The notes under the pieces: generated by a model
What the model was told of the DNA's origin: nothing
Seen by the model: the letters and a program-made list of their open reading frames with translations, nothing else
Database searches by the model: none
In this document: piece after piece, positions 9,499 to 22,814 of the stretch
Layout: each line of letters opens with the position of its first letter
How positions within the stretch are numbered: the first letter of the stretch is position 1
DNA from: Patescibacteria group bacterium
GTDB taxonomy: Bacteria; Patescibacteriota; Patescibacteriia; JACRDY01
Length of the DNA stretch: 64,000 bases
Assembly (NCBI GenBank): GCA_041653535.1
Contig: JBAZFH010000001.1
Location: 6,052 to 70,051, forward strand
Direction of reading: 5' to 3'
Position numbers and translations under genes: made by a program

Positions 9499-10089
9499 AT
9501 GGAAAAAGACAGAGTAGTGTTTTTGAAAGGTTTGCGTGGGACTGTTTTGCGGCCGATGAACAAAGAAACAGATTTAGATTTCTTTTATCGGGGGATTAAC
9601 AATCCGGAAGCTAATCATTATTTGCAACGTTATTTACCACAGACCAAGGCAGATGAGGAAAAATGGTTTGACGCTATGGTTGGTCGTACCGATAGGCTAA
9701 TACTGGCGGTCGAAACTCCGGATGGTGAGCTGCTTGGTAGTGTTGGTCTGCATGAAATTGACTGGCGCAACCAAGTCGGGACCATGGGCATTGCTCTCTT
9801 TGCCAAAGACCAGTGGCACAAGGGCTACGGTAAAGATGCCGTCATGGCTTTGCTGGAATACGCCTTTATGCGGTTGAATCTGCGAAAGGTGCGTTCCAAG
9901 GTTTATTCGATAAACCAGCGAAGTTTGGCGCTGCACCGTTCCTGCGGCGGAGTGCAGGAAGGCACTGCTCGTCAGGAAATATTTATCGATGGTCAGTTTC
10001 ACGACGTGCTATACTTTGGTATTTTCCGGTCAGAATGGGAAGTGTTTTTTGCTTCTTACAAGGAAGGGTCGGTAGTCAAAAAATCTTAG
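9499..10089 (+). CDS. RimJ/RimL-type GNAT N-acetyltransferase
   Basis: LRP, LGSVGL..ID, W.KGYGK.A, F..LNL.KV, N.RS...H...G...EG..R motifs. Confidence 0.9.
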   Translation: MEKDRVVFLKGLRGTVLRPMNKETDLDFFYRGINNPEANHYLQRYLPQTKADEEKWFDAMVGRTDRLILAVETPDGELLGSVGLHEIDWRNQVGTMGIALFAKDQWHKGYGKDAVMALLEYAFMRLNLRKVRSKVYSINQRSLALHRSCGGVQEGTARQEIFIDGQFHDVLYFGIFRSEWEVFFASYKEGSVVKKS

Positions 10090-10227
10090 TCATTCAAAAC
10101 GTGGGGTTCGGACCATATCCGACCCCTTTTTATTGCGAAAAATCAGGATTTTGAGTACAATTAGAATAGCTCATAGTCAGTAGCCTGTAGCTCATAGCAA
10201 TTTATTTATTTCTTAATTTTTAACTTT

Positions 10228-10656
10228 ATGGATCTCAAAGAATTTTTTATTACTCCTCAGGATTTTACCGAAAACGATTTACAACAACTTGAAGAACACA
10301 CTAAGACAGATTGGTCGTCGCCGGATGTCGAAGGACAGCTAGCTGTTGATGTTTTTCAAGATCAAAACAATATTGTAGTTAAAACTGCTATTGCCGGAGT
10401 GAAACCGGAAGATATTCAGATATCTATCAATGGCGATGTTTTAACTATTAGAGGCAAAAGATCGGCGCACGAAGGAGTAAAGGACGAAGATTATTATTAT
10501 CGAGAGTGTTATTGGGGGGCTTTTTCTCGGTCGGTAGTTTTGCCTATAGAAGTACAACAAGACAAGATTGAAGCGGTTTTGAAAAACGGCGTGATGACCG
10601 TAACATTGCCTAAAGCAAAACCGGAAAAGACGGTAAAAATTAGATTTGAGGAATAA
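10228..10656 (+). CDS. Hsp20/alpha-crystallin small heat shock protein
   Basis: VDVFQD, AGVKPEDI, LTIRGKR, ECYWGAFSRSVVLP, A.LKNGV.TVTLPK. Confidence 0.93.
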   Translation: MDLKEFFITPQDFTENDLQQLEEHTKTDWSSPDVEGQLAVDVFQDQNNIVVKTAIAGVKPEDIQISINGDVLTIRGKRSAHEGVKDEDYYYRECYWGAFSRSVVLPIEVQQDKIEAVLKNGVMTVTLPKAKPEKTVKIRFEE

Positions 10657-10666
10657 AACAGGCGAT

Positions 10667-12613
10667 ATGAAAAAAGGGATTATACCAAAAGTTTTACCAA
10701 AGCCGGAAATTCATATTTCCACCCGGACCAAGATTGCCATTGGTTGTTTTTTGGCTGTAGTAATTCTGATTATTGGCGGAGGTTTTGCTTATAGCCAGGT
10801 TTATGCGGAGAAATTTTATCCCGGAGTGGTTTTGGCCGGAGTTGACGTTGGTGGTCAGACTTACGACGAAGCTAAGAGTGTTTTTGAATCCAAGGTTGAT
10901 GGTATAAATATTTCTGGTTTTAACTTTATTTCCGGCGAGCGAAAGGTGAATATTTTGCCACGAGTAGTTTCTTCTTCAGATCTGGACATTTCTTATGACC
11001 TGGTATCTTTTGATATAGAAAAATCTTTAGACAATGCTTGGGAAATCGGTCGACATGGCGGTTTTATTTATAGTTGGCGACAAAGATTAGGAGTTCTTTT
11101 GGGCGGTGAAAAGCTGAACTTTCAATACAAGATAAAAGAGGGTAATCTAGTTGAAGCTTTGAAACAAAATTTTTATGATCTGGAAAAACCCGGACAAAAC
11201 GCTCGACTAATTTTAACCAAAGGCGACAATGGTTATGACGCAACAGTGGAGCAAGAAAAACCGGGTATGTCTTTTGATTATCAGCAAGTATTGGCAAAAC
11301 TAGATAATAATTTAAAAAATTTGGATACCAGCGATATCAGTTTTGGTCTTGGTGAGGACGTGCCGGAAATATTGTCTTTTCAGGTCAAAGATTTGGCTGA
11401 CGTTGCTGTAAGTGTTTTGGACAAAGCGCCATTAACCTTGAAATTTGAAAAAGACCATTGGGATATTAATAAAGAAGCTGTTGCCGGGTTGCTTGATTTT
11501 GTAGTTTTGGACGGACAGCCGGCGCTAGGATTTGGTCAAGAATTATTTGTTCAATATTTAAACCAAAAAATCGGACCAAACATCAATCAAGAAGTTCAAA
11601 ATGCTAAGTTCAAAATTACCGACGGCAGAGTAGCGGAATTTGTCGGGGGACAGCAAGGAAGAGCTATTGACGTTGACATGCTTTTAGCGGAGATAAATAC
11701 TAAGTTCGTAAATGGCGAAACAAAAGGGTTGGAAGTACCCGTCAAGACCGTTGAGCCAGATGTGGCGACAGCAGATGTTAATGATCTTGGAATCAAGGAG
11801 ATTATCGGTGTTGGTAAATCAGATTTTTCCGGCAGTCCAAGCAATCGTCGGCATAATATTGCCACTGGGTCGAGCGCTCTAAACGGCGTGTTGATCAAAC
11901 CGGGTGAAAATTTTTCGCTTATTACTGCTCTTGGTCCGGTGGAAAAAGAGACTGGATATCTGCCGGAATTAGTAATCAAAGGAAATAAAACCGTTCCCGA
12001 ATACGGCGGCGGGCTGTGTCAGATCGGGACGACCGTTTTTCGCGCGGCGTTAGATTCGGGTTTGCCGATACTGGAACGCGCGGCGCATTCTTACCGCGTG
12101 TCTTACTATGAGCCAGCCGGCATGGATGCCACTATTTATATTCCTCATCCCGATGTTGTTTTTACCAATGACACCGGTAACCATATTTTGATTCAAGCAA
12201 AGGTGATTGGTAATAATTTACGTTTTGAGTTTTGGGGAACAAAAGACGGACGCAAAACTCATTTCATTGGTCAGCAGGAAAGTGATTATCTTTATGACGT
12301 GACGCCAAAGATTTGGGGTTTTGTCCGACCGGCGGCAACCAAACTGATTGAAAGTGTTGATATTGCCGTAGGTACAAAAAAATGCACTGAAAAAGCGCAT
12401 GTCGGGGCAACGGCGGAATTTACTTATCAGGTAACTTATTCCAGCGGCGAAAAAAAAGAAAAAGTATTTAACAGTGTTTATAGACCATGGCAGGAAGTTT
12501 GTTTGGTTGGCGTGGAAAAATTGACCGAGCCGGAAGTACCGGCAGAAGGAGCACCTGCTGCAGACGGGACAACCGAGGTCAACACGGTGGACAATAATAC
12601 CACTAGCAGCTAG
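10667..12613 (+). CDS. VanW-family protein with N-terminal membrane anchor and putative peptidoglycan-binding region
   Basis: R..NI......LNGVLIKPGENFS, GGGLCQIGTTVFRAAL.SGLPILER..HS, G.DATI motifs. Confidence 0.9.
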   Translation: MKKGIIPKVLPKPEIHISTRTKIAIGCFLAVVILIIGGGFAYSQVYAEKFYPGVVLAGVDVGGQTYDEAKSVFESKVDGINISGFNFISGERKVNILPRVVSSSDLDISYDLVSFDIEKSLDNAWEIGRHGGFIYSWRQRLGVLLGGEKLNFQYKIKEGNLVEALKQNFYDLEKPGQNARLILTKGDNGYDATVEQEKPGMSFDYQQVLAKLDNNLKNLDTSDISFGLGEDVPEILSFQVKDLADVAVSVLDKAPLTLKFEKDHWDINKEAVAGLLDFVVLDGQPALGFGQELFVQYLNQKIGPNINQEVQNAKFKITDGRVAEFVGGQQGRAIDVDMLLAEINTKFVNGETKGLEVPVKTVEPDVATADVNDLGIKEIIGVGKSDFSGSPSNRRHNIATGSSALNGVLIKPGENFSLITALGPVEKETGYLPELVIKGNKTVPEYGGGLCQIGTTVFRAALDSGLPILERAAHSYRVSYYEPAGMDATIYIPHPDVVFTNDTGNHILIQAKVIGNNLRFEFWGTKDGRKTHFIGQQESDYLYDVTPKIWGFVRPAATKLIESVDIAVGTKKCTEKAHVGATAEFTYQVTYSSGEKKEKVFNSVYRPWQEVCLVGVEKLTEPEVPAEGAPAADGTTEVNTVDNNTTSS

Positions 12614-12645
12614 CGGCTAGTTGCTAGCTGCTAGCAAATAAAAAA

Positions 12646-12797
12646 ATCCCCGAATACCTGCAGTCAAGAAATTTTTTTAGCGTAATGATCCAGCCGGAGC
12701 CGGAACACCCGCTAGAAAAATTCCATGCTTGTCGTGACCGCAGGTATTAGGGGATACTACCCACAAAATAAAACATAAGTTCTGTTCCGTGAGTAAT
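12646..12797 (-). ncRNA. Candidate small structured RNA (long imperfect hairpin)
   Basis: Minus-strand TTGACA(12826-12831)-17-TAAGCT(12803-12808); 12646-12661 pairs with 12740-12755; inner GAAATTTTTTTAGCG/CGCTAGAAAAATTCC stem; no ORF. Confidence 0.4.
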
Positions 12798-12932
12798 AGA
12801 GTAGCTTAACATATCCCAATATCTTTGTCAATAGTTGTGTTTAAAAGTGGTGATAAGATATTGTTTTTTTGTTTAAAATTAGGTTTTTATTGACAAATAA
12901 GCTTTTAACGATTAGAATATGAAATAACTTGT

Positions 12933-13018
12933 GGGCGGGTGGTGAAATTGGTAGACACGCTAGCCTTAGGAGCTGGTGCCCAAAAGGCATGGAGGTTCGA
13001 GTCCTCTCCCGCCCACCA
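12933..13018 (+). tRNA. tRNA-Leu(TAG)
   Basis: GGGCGGG/CCCGCCC acceptor stem, CTAGC-CT-TAG-GA-GCTGG arm, long variable arm, CCA. Confidence 0.95.
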
Positions 13019-13146
13019 ATTTGATTTTAACTTAAAGTGAAAATACACCGTTTCGTAGGTGTATTTTTTGTTTATATTTAGCATAAAAACAGTTGATTGA
13101 GGAAAAAAATGTTGACATAAAATATAACCTGTGCTATTATAAACAA

Positions 13147-13762
13147 TCATGTTGTGTTCATGGATTATTTAAAAATATGAACATGGATGTAACCAACAAA
13201 CCGCCATCACCAAATAGGAGGATTGTCTCGATGGGATTGTAGGTTTAAGCGCCTTGGGCACAGGCGCTATAACTAAGTATCTGTGCCTCCTTTGGTGGCG
13301 CTACTGTCGATTAATAGGGCGGTGGCGCATCATCGTAGATTCAGACTCTCATAGTCGGAGAGTCTGAAAAACCAATACGGGGAGAAAAAATGATTGGTCG
13401 CTATGTTATGTGAGCGCCAGGTTGATTCGGCGCTATAACAGCCTGAAAAGAAGTAAGGCGTCCTGAAGCATTGTTTGTCAGCTTTAGGATAAATAGACAG
13501 CCCGACGTGCAGTTGCGTCGTAAAAAAATAATTGCCGGAGTAAGTTCTTTTGCCCAATTTTTATCTCTTTACGAGCGGGAGATTGGCAGCTGCTAGGTAC
13601 CAGCAGAAAAAAGGAACACAATGTACTTCGTTAACGCGCTTTCGATTATTATGCGCGTATAAACATTATCACGTTACCGCGCGCCGCGACCTTTGGGTGT
13701 TAGCGCGGAACGTCGAAAAAAATGCGATCATATCATGCCCCCGGCTTAGGTCGGGGGCTTTT
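13147..13762 (+). ncRNA. Candidate large (~600 nt) structured non-coding RNA, class unknown
   Basis: Extended -10 promoter TTGACA(13112)-17-TATTAT(13135); many hairpins; 5'/3' closing stem; terminator at 13737-13762; no credible ORF. Confidence 0.6.
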
Positions 13763-13819
13763 CATTTTTTTTTAAAAAAGAAAACCCGACTTTTTATGCC
13801 GGGTTTTTTAGTGGGATTT

Positions 13820-14278
13820 TTAGCCTGCTTTTTCCAGCGCTTTTGTCAGAGTCTCAATAAATTCTTCGGAACTCATGTCGTTGCCGATCAGACCGGATGT
13901 CCACTTGAAAGGTTTTTTGTCTTTGGATCCGGCTTTCAACTCCTCAAATCTTTGGCGGGTCAGAACTTTGATGTGGTTGTCTTTGACGGGCTCATCGCGA
14001 AAGATTTTTCGCTGGAGTATGCCAAGGTCAAAGGCAAGGCCAAGCGATTCATTGACCAGTACCATGAACTCTGTCATAACACTTTGTCGCGGTGGTAACA
14101 GTTTGGCTACCTGCAGCAACAAGTCTTTGTCCAGACAAAGAAACATGTCTTCCTTGCCGTCGACGTCGATCATTTCGGCGGGGAAAAAGCCCATCAGTCC
14201 GTGCTTGAGCTCAAGTAAATAAGCCGTTGCTAGTTTCCAGCCGGTCAAATCCTGACCAAGTAGTGTCTTGTGATTCAC
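13820..14278 (-). CDS. Hypothetical protein
   Basis: 152 aa, GTG start with AGGAGG RBS; terminator hairpin at 13782-13809. Confidence 0.7.
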   Translation of the reverse strand: MNHKTLLGQDLTGWKLATAYLLELKHGLMGFFPAEMIDVDGKEDMFLCLDKDLLLQVAKLLPPRQSVMTEFMVLVNESLGLAFDLGILQRKIFRDEPVKDNHIKVLTRQRFEELKAGSKDKKPFKWTSGLIGNDMSSEEFIETLTKALEKAG

Positions 14279-14468
14279 GAATACCTCCTTTTGATAATTG
14301 CGGTTGTTCGCGTTAAGGACAATACCTATCTTTTACCGCATCTAGTTACAAGTTACAAGGGACGAGCTATAAGTAGAGAGCTTTTCCTAGTTCCTAGTCC
14401 CCGGTTCCCAGCCCTTATTTCCTAAAATTAAGCAAAAAATTACCCCCAGCCTGTGGGTTTTTCGACTC

Positions 14469-14496
14469 TTGACATATATTTTAGGAGGTATATAAT
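14469..14496 (+). promoter_or_regulatory. Sigma70-type promoter for the 23S-5S unit; boxA-like AACTTTAACAAT near 14726
   Basis: Consensus TTGACA-16-TATAAT. Confidence 0.7.
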
Positions 14497-14866
14497 GTAG
14501 GAGCTAAAAATAAAGCTTGTCCACGATTTTAAATATATGCGTAAAAATAACCTAATCAATAACGTTCTAGGCGGCTAGCAAGGAAATTTTTGTGCTATAT
14601 GGGACCGCTTAGAAGGCGGTTTTTTTAGTCAGCAGTAGAAAGCGAGTATTTTAACCTTTAGTGACTAAATGAAAATGACTCAGAGTCGTTTGGTCAGTGA
14701 AGGCTAAAGAGAAACGGAAAAACCGAACTTTAACAATTGAATCGAGGAATAATATTCCAACGTCAAAATGAAAATATAATTTTCGTCAAATTACGAAGAA
14801 GTAATATTAGAGAGTCTAATTAAAAAAATACATACTAAGCAAGGATTGTGTTTTCACAATTCTTGT

Positions 14867-18092
<3,226 letters not shown>

Positions 18093-18169
18093 CACAAGAA
18101 TTATAAGAACATAAATTCAGATTATTATATTTAAATTTTGTACGTTACCATAGAAAAATGGTGATATTG

Positions 18170-18277
18170 TCCTGGTGCTTCCAGCAAGAGGGCCACACCT
18201 GTTTCCATTCCGAACACAGAAGTTAAGCCTCTTAGCGCCGATGATACTTAATAAGGGAAAGTAGGTCAGCGCCGGGA
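18170..18277 (+). rRNA. rrf: 5S rRNA
   Basis: CCTGGTG...CACCTG.TTCCATTCCGAACACAGAAGTTAAGC...GAAAGTAGGTC.GCGCCGGG, enclosed by a long processing inverted repeat. Confidence 0.95.
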
Positions 18278-18437
18278 CAATGTCACCATTTTTTATTTCC
18301 TCAAATTTTTAAGAAAAAAACAGCTAAAAATAGCTGTTTTTTGTTATAGTATAAGACGTTGACAAATTAATGTTGAAATGCTATGATATATAATTCGAAT
18401 TTTGACAATAAAATAACCTACCAACGAGGAGGGTCTC

Positions 18438-19466
18438 ATGAAATTGTGGTCGAAAAAGAAGGGTGAGAGTAAGCTTTCATCGAAGTCCAAAAACATTTTC
18501 GGCAGGGCGATCAGCACTGTCGGAAAATTTTTGGCGATGCGAAGCAAAATCTTTTGGATGGTAAGTGTCGCGGCGGTTGTTTTTACCTTCGGCATTGTCG
18601 CGCCTATCGTCGATGAATTCGTGGTCGTGCAAAAACTGACCGACTCGGTCAAAGCGGAAAAGTTTTTCGCTGCACCCAAAGGCTATGAAGGCGTGAAGGG
18701 CACGATTTTTGTCGCGGTAATGATGAATCTTTATGACGTCGAGTTTGATCGTCCCCTGGGTGGGTATCGACCCGACAATCTGATTTGGTTTGCTTGGCCT
18801 TATGATAAGGTCTGTAACTTTCAGTTGGGTGTAATGCAGGTATTGCAACGCACCGCGATTGAAATTAAAGATCGTACCAGCCGTTCCGGTGGCGGTGCCG
18901 ATCGGTTTGATCGGCGCGCCGCCAAGATGTCGGCTAAGTGGAATATGGATCTCGACGATTGGTTTTTGACTGCATGGAAGTTGGATAGCGGTCGTGATCT
19001 GCTCGACGATTATCTCGAGCAGTTGAAGGCGACTAAAGCTGTCAAGGAAAAAACCGGAAAATATCCGGCGGATGGCTCAGTATTCCTGACTAACAGTGTC
19101 ACGCTGGACGGATTGCTTGAGGTCTGGTATACGCTCCTTGGCGATGTCCACAAGGATTTGTCGGATCCCGATATGGTCAGCACTGAAGTGGATGATGTTT
19201 ACTTCCGTGCTCTGGGAGTGGTTTATGCCGTCGGCGCATTGGCCAGAGCCGCTCACGTCGAATTTGCCAACACCTTGGGAACCAAGGAAGGCGAAACGTA
19301 TTACGCGGAGCTGGAAATGAATTTCCGCAATGCAATGGCAAAGCCTATTCCTATCTGGACATTTGACGGTAAAGGGACGCTGTCCAACGATAGGAGCAAG
19401 CTCGAAACTGATGTCAACGCCATTCGGATGAACATCGGTTCGATCCGAAATCAGTTGGCAAAGTAA
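18438..19466 (+). CDS. Membrane-anchored protein, DUF2333-like
   Basis: TM anchor; GGYRPDNL, D...NFQLGV, R.SR.GG, VDDVYFRA.G resemble DUF2333 from memory; strong RBS. Confidence 0.6.
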   Translation: MKLWSKKKGESKLSSKSKNIFGRAISTVGKFLAMRSKIFWMVSVAAVVFTFGIVAPIVDEFVVVQKLTDSVKAEKFFAAPKGYEGVKGTIFVAVMMNLYDVEFDRPLGGYRPDNLIWFAWPYDKVCNFQLGVMQVLQRTAIEIKDRTSRSGGGADRFDRRAAKMSAKWNMDLDDWFLTAWKLDSGRDLLDDYLEQLKATKAVKEKTGKYPADGSVFLTNSVTLDGLLEVWYTLLGDVHKDLSDPDMVSTEVDDVYFRALGVVYAVGALARAAHVEFANTLGTKEGETYYAELEMNFRNAMAKPIPIWTFDGKGTLSNDRSKLETDVNAIRMNIGSIRNQLAK

Positions 19467-19674
19467 GAGTTAATCAACAACCCCCCCGCTTGAGCGCAAT
19501 GCTTGGGCGGGGTTTTAAGTATGCAGGGGATTGGTTTATTCCCCGTATAACGTATGCTGTTCCCTGTATACCCGTCATTGACAAAAAAGGGTTACAGTGG
19601 TAAGTTGTGGTAATCGATTTGTTCTTTAGCAAGATGAAAAACAGATTTTTTAACATAAAAAGGAGGGTAGGAAG

Positions 19675-20136
19675 ATGGGTCTGGTTGTTCGCGCTGTGGA
19701 AGTCATGGCACTATTATCGGTCGTGGGAATTTTCGGTTTTGGTCTTATTTCTCTCGGGCGGCGGTTGTTTGGTAGCCGTCCCAAGGAAGAAAAAAAAGAA
19801 GAAAAAAAGTCGAAACAAAAAAAAGGTCACGATACGGTGACGGTGTTAGAAGGGGTTGAAGGACTCGGGGCTGTTTTGCCTGACGATTTCGATCTTCAAG
19901 TAAAGATCGCCGAGCTGAAAACCAAAGCTGCAGCGCTTGATCAAGAGCAACGGCTTTTGGAACTCGCTCGTCTCGAGGCAGCCATTGATGCTCAAACGAA
20001 CTTGACGCAAGAACAGCGTCGAGTCGTGGAAGAAACAAAGTTTCGTCAAGAGCTCACCCGGCGACCGCCGCACATGAATAATGACGAAGAAGGCGGGATC
20101 GACACCGCCGCCAAGAAGAAAAAAATTTTTGGCTGA
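19675..20136 (+). CDS. Membrane-anchored coiled-coil hypothetical protein
   Basis: N-terminal TM, Lys/Glu tract, heptad-like helix; AGGAGG RBS; downstream terminator. Confidence 0.7.
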   Translation: MGLVVRAVEVMALLSVVGIFGFGLISLGRRLFGSRPKEEKKEEKKSKQKKGHDTVTVLEGVEGLGAVLPDDFDLQVKIAELKTKAAALDQEQRLLELARLEAAIDAQTNLTQEQRRVVEETKFRQELTRRPPHMNNDEEGGIDTAAKKKKIFG

Positions 20137-20239
20137 TCAACAAAAACATCCGGTTTTTTCCGGGTGTTTTTCTTTTTGGCAAAAGAGGTGTTTTAGCCTA
20201 TAATATAGCTACGTTAAGTGTCTTTAATATTGATTTTTT

Positions 20240-22531
20240 ATGTATCATTTTAAAACTATTCAAGACATCGACATTTCTTACAAAAAAGTTTTACTCCGTG
20301 TAGCGCTCGATATCCCGCTGCGGCACGGCAAAGTAGCCGAAGATTATCGCATTAGACAGATACTGCCAACGCTTGCCTATTTGCTCAAAAAAAATTGTAG
20401 CGCGGTGATTGTTACTTGGCTCGGTCGACCTGATGGCAAAGTGATGGAAGAATATCGGCTCGACCCGGTAGCAAAACGTTTGTCGCAGCTGATCCGTCGA
20501 CCTGTAAAAAAAGTAAATGATTGTGTCGGTCCGGAATCGCAAAAAGCGGTTTTTGATTTGGAACCAGGAGAAATATTGATGTTAGAAAATACTCGTTTTC
20601 ATCCTGAGGAAATGAGCGCCGATCCTGATTTTACTCGTCGGCTAGCCGATGGTTTTGATATTGAAGTGTTTGACGGCTTTGCTCAAAGTCACCGCGTTCA
20701 TGCATCGACTACCGGATTACTCGATTATTTGCCGACGGTTTCCGGGTTTTTATTGCAAAAAGAAATGGACGCACTGGGTGGAGTCTTGCATCAGCCATCT
20801 CGTCCATTGACTTTGATCATTGGCGGTGCCAAAGTTTCCGACAAAATCGGCCTGACGGCTAATTTGATTTCCAAAGCCGACAAGGTTTTGATTGGCGGAG
20901 TTTGTGCTAGCGTTTTTATCAAAGCTCGCGGTCAAGATGTGGGGCAGTCTTATCTAGCCGATGTTTTCGTGAATCAAGCCAAAAAAGGTGGTAAAAAAGA
21001 TTATTTTGCTATCGCCAAATTTTTGCTCAAAAAATATCCAAACAAAATAATGTTGCCACTCGACATGATTGCTGCCAGTGATAAAAAGGGGACGAAAACC
21101 AAGGTGGTTGATTTGGTTACCGATGACATTCCCAAGGGTTGGTCGTTTTTTGATATCGGTCCGGAAACGGTAAAAATGTTTGCCAAACAAATCAATCGCA
21201 GCAAAACCGTACTCTGGAACGGCCCGATGGGAATGTATGAAAATAAGAAATTTGAAACCGGTACTGCTAGTTTGGTTAAAGCCGTAGCTGGTAGCGACGC
21301 TGTTTCTATCGGTGGCGGTGGCGACACTGAAGAGTTGATCGGCAAATACGGTCTCGCTGGCAAGTTTTCTCATGTTTCTACCGGTGGCGGAGCGATGTTG
21401 GAATTTTTATCCGGTAAAAAACTGCCGGTACTCGAAGCAATGGTAAAAAATCAGCACAATATCAGGCTTTGGCGACTCGGACCAAAACCGGTTGTTGCTT
21501 TTACCAAGGAAAACAATCCGTATTTTCGTTATCCTTTCCATAACCTCAAAGAAATTCTTGGCCCGGCGCAAAGAAATAAATTTGGCGTGCCGGCTTGTAA
21601 CATTCGTTCCAAATATATTTTGGACGCTGTACTGCAAGCGGCTTTTGAAGAGCGTTCTCCGGTAATACTCGAGATAGCCGAGTCGGAGATGGGATATTGC
21701 AATATTCCTCCCGAGCGGATGATCGATCTGGTTTTGGAGCGACTGCCAAAATTGGAAAAAAAGTTTGGCTACCGCGTTCCTGTTTGTCTGCATGCCGATC
21801 ATATGCAAAAAGATTTACTCCTAGCAGAAAGAGCGATGAAAGCCGGATTTTCCTCGGCGCTGATTGATCAGTCAGCTTATCCGCTGGACTACAATATTTC
21901 AGTGGTCAGATCTTTTGTCCAAAAAGCGCACCCGCTCGGTATTACGATTGAAGGTGAAATCGGTCAGATCGGTCAAGGAATGTCTGGCAAAGGTCAATTG
22001 GTTGGTAAAGATGTTCTAACGCATGCGCCGTCGGTGCATGAAGCGGTTGAATTTATTTCCCAGACGGGAGTCGATGCTTTTGCCGGATTTTTTGGCAACT
22101 ATCACGGTAAGTACGAAAAAGAGGCAACTATCGTTTGGCCGCGGATCAAGCAAATTGATAAACAGATCAAAAAAAGAGTTTGGACTGTGCCGATAGTTTT
22201 ACATGGTACCAGTTATCTGCGTACCAAAGACTTTGATCATATCAAGGTGTATCACCAGGCAATCAAATGCGGTATGCACAAGTTTAATTATGGAACGATG
22301 CTTTCTGATATTTTTAAAGACTATTTGCCGCAAAAGTTGGTAGACAAGATGGACAATTTTGCCGAGGGCGGCGAAGAAAATTGGAAAAAAGGACTGGGAC
22401 ATTATGAAAAAGAAATCGATGCGCTAGATCCAGCGGTACTAAAAAAAGCCGTAGATGGTATCAAAAAGCATGTCAAAGAGATGATGAAAAAGGCGTGGTA
22501 TTGTTCGGGAAAGGTGAAGTTATACAAATAG
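20240..22531 (+). CDS. pgk: Phosphoglycerate kinase fused to class II fructose-bisphosphate aldolase
   Basis: PGK: LENTRF, HR.HAS, GGAKVSDKI, WNGPMG, GGGDT, HVSTGGGA; FBA-II: VPACNI, SPVILE, LHADH, EGEIG, GN.HG, VLHG. Confidence 0.92.
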   Translation: MYHFKTIQDIDISYKKVLLRVALDIPLRHGKVAEDYRIRQILPTLAYLLKKNCSAVIVTWLGRPDGKVMEEYRLDPVAKRLSQLIRRPVKKVNDCVGPESQKAVFDLEPGEILMLENTRFHPEEMSADPDFTRRLADGFDIEVFDGFAQSHRVHASTTGLLDYLPTVSGFLLQKEMDALGGVLHQPSRPLTLIIGGAKVSDKIGLTANLISKADKVLIGGVCASVFIKARGQDVGQSYLADVFVNQAKKGGKKDYFAIAKFLLKKYPNKIMLPLDMIAASDKKGTKTKVVDLVTDDIPKGWSFFDIGPETVKMFAKQINRSKTVLWNGPMGMYENKKFETGTASLVKAVAGSDAVSIGGGGDTEELIGKYGLAGKFSHVSTGGGAMLEFLSGKKLPVLEAMVKNQHNIRLWRLGPKPVVAFTKENNPYFRYPFHNLKEILGPAQRNKFGVPACNIRSKYILDAVLQAAFEERSPVILEIAESEMGYCNIPPERMIDLVLERLPKLEKKFGYRVPVCLHADHMQKDLLLAERAMKAGFSSALIDQSAYPLDYNISVVRSFVQKAHPLGITIEGEIGQIGQGMSGKGQLVGKDVLTHAPSVHEAVEFISQTGVDAFAGFFGNYHGKYEKEATIVWPRIKQIDKQIKKRVWTVPIVLHGTSYLRTKDFDHIKVYHQAIKCGMHKFNYGTMLSDIFKDYLPQKLVDKMDNFAEGGEENWKKGLGHYEKEIDALDPAVLKKAVDGIKKHVKEMMKKAWYCSGKVKLYK

Positions 22532-22814
22532 AGTTAGTATATAGTATGTAGTATATAGGGGGGGCGAGAGCCCTCCTTTTTGTGTCCATAGCTTGGCTTA
22601 TAATAGCACAAAAATTGTTTAATTTTAGGCAAATTATAGGTTAAATGATTTACAAGAATAGCGTTTTATGCTATGATTACATATTAATTTACAGGAGGTC
22701 ATTTACAATACAATTAACCAAAAATTTTTTGAGATGGGCGTTTTGGATACTATTTTTAGTATTTAGAACGCTCGTCTCAATTCCGGGACGGCATCTATGG
22801 AAAGGAGGGCGATC

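Noticed and set aside
13550-14098. 182-aa plus-strand ORF
   Set aside because: Crosses two terminators and is antisense to the RBS-led gene at 13820-14278
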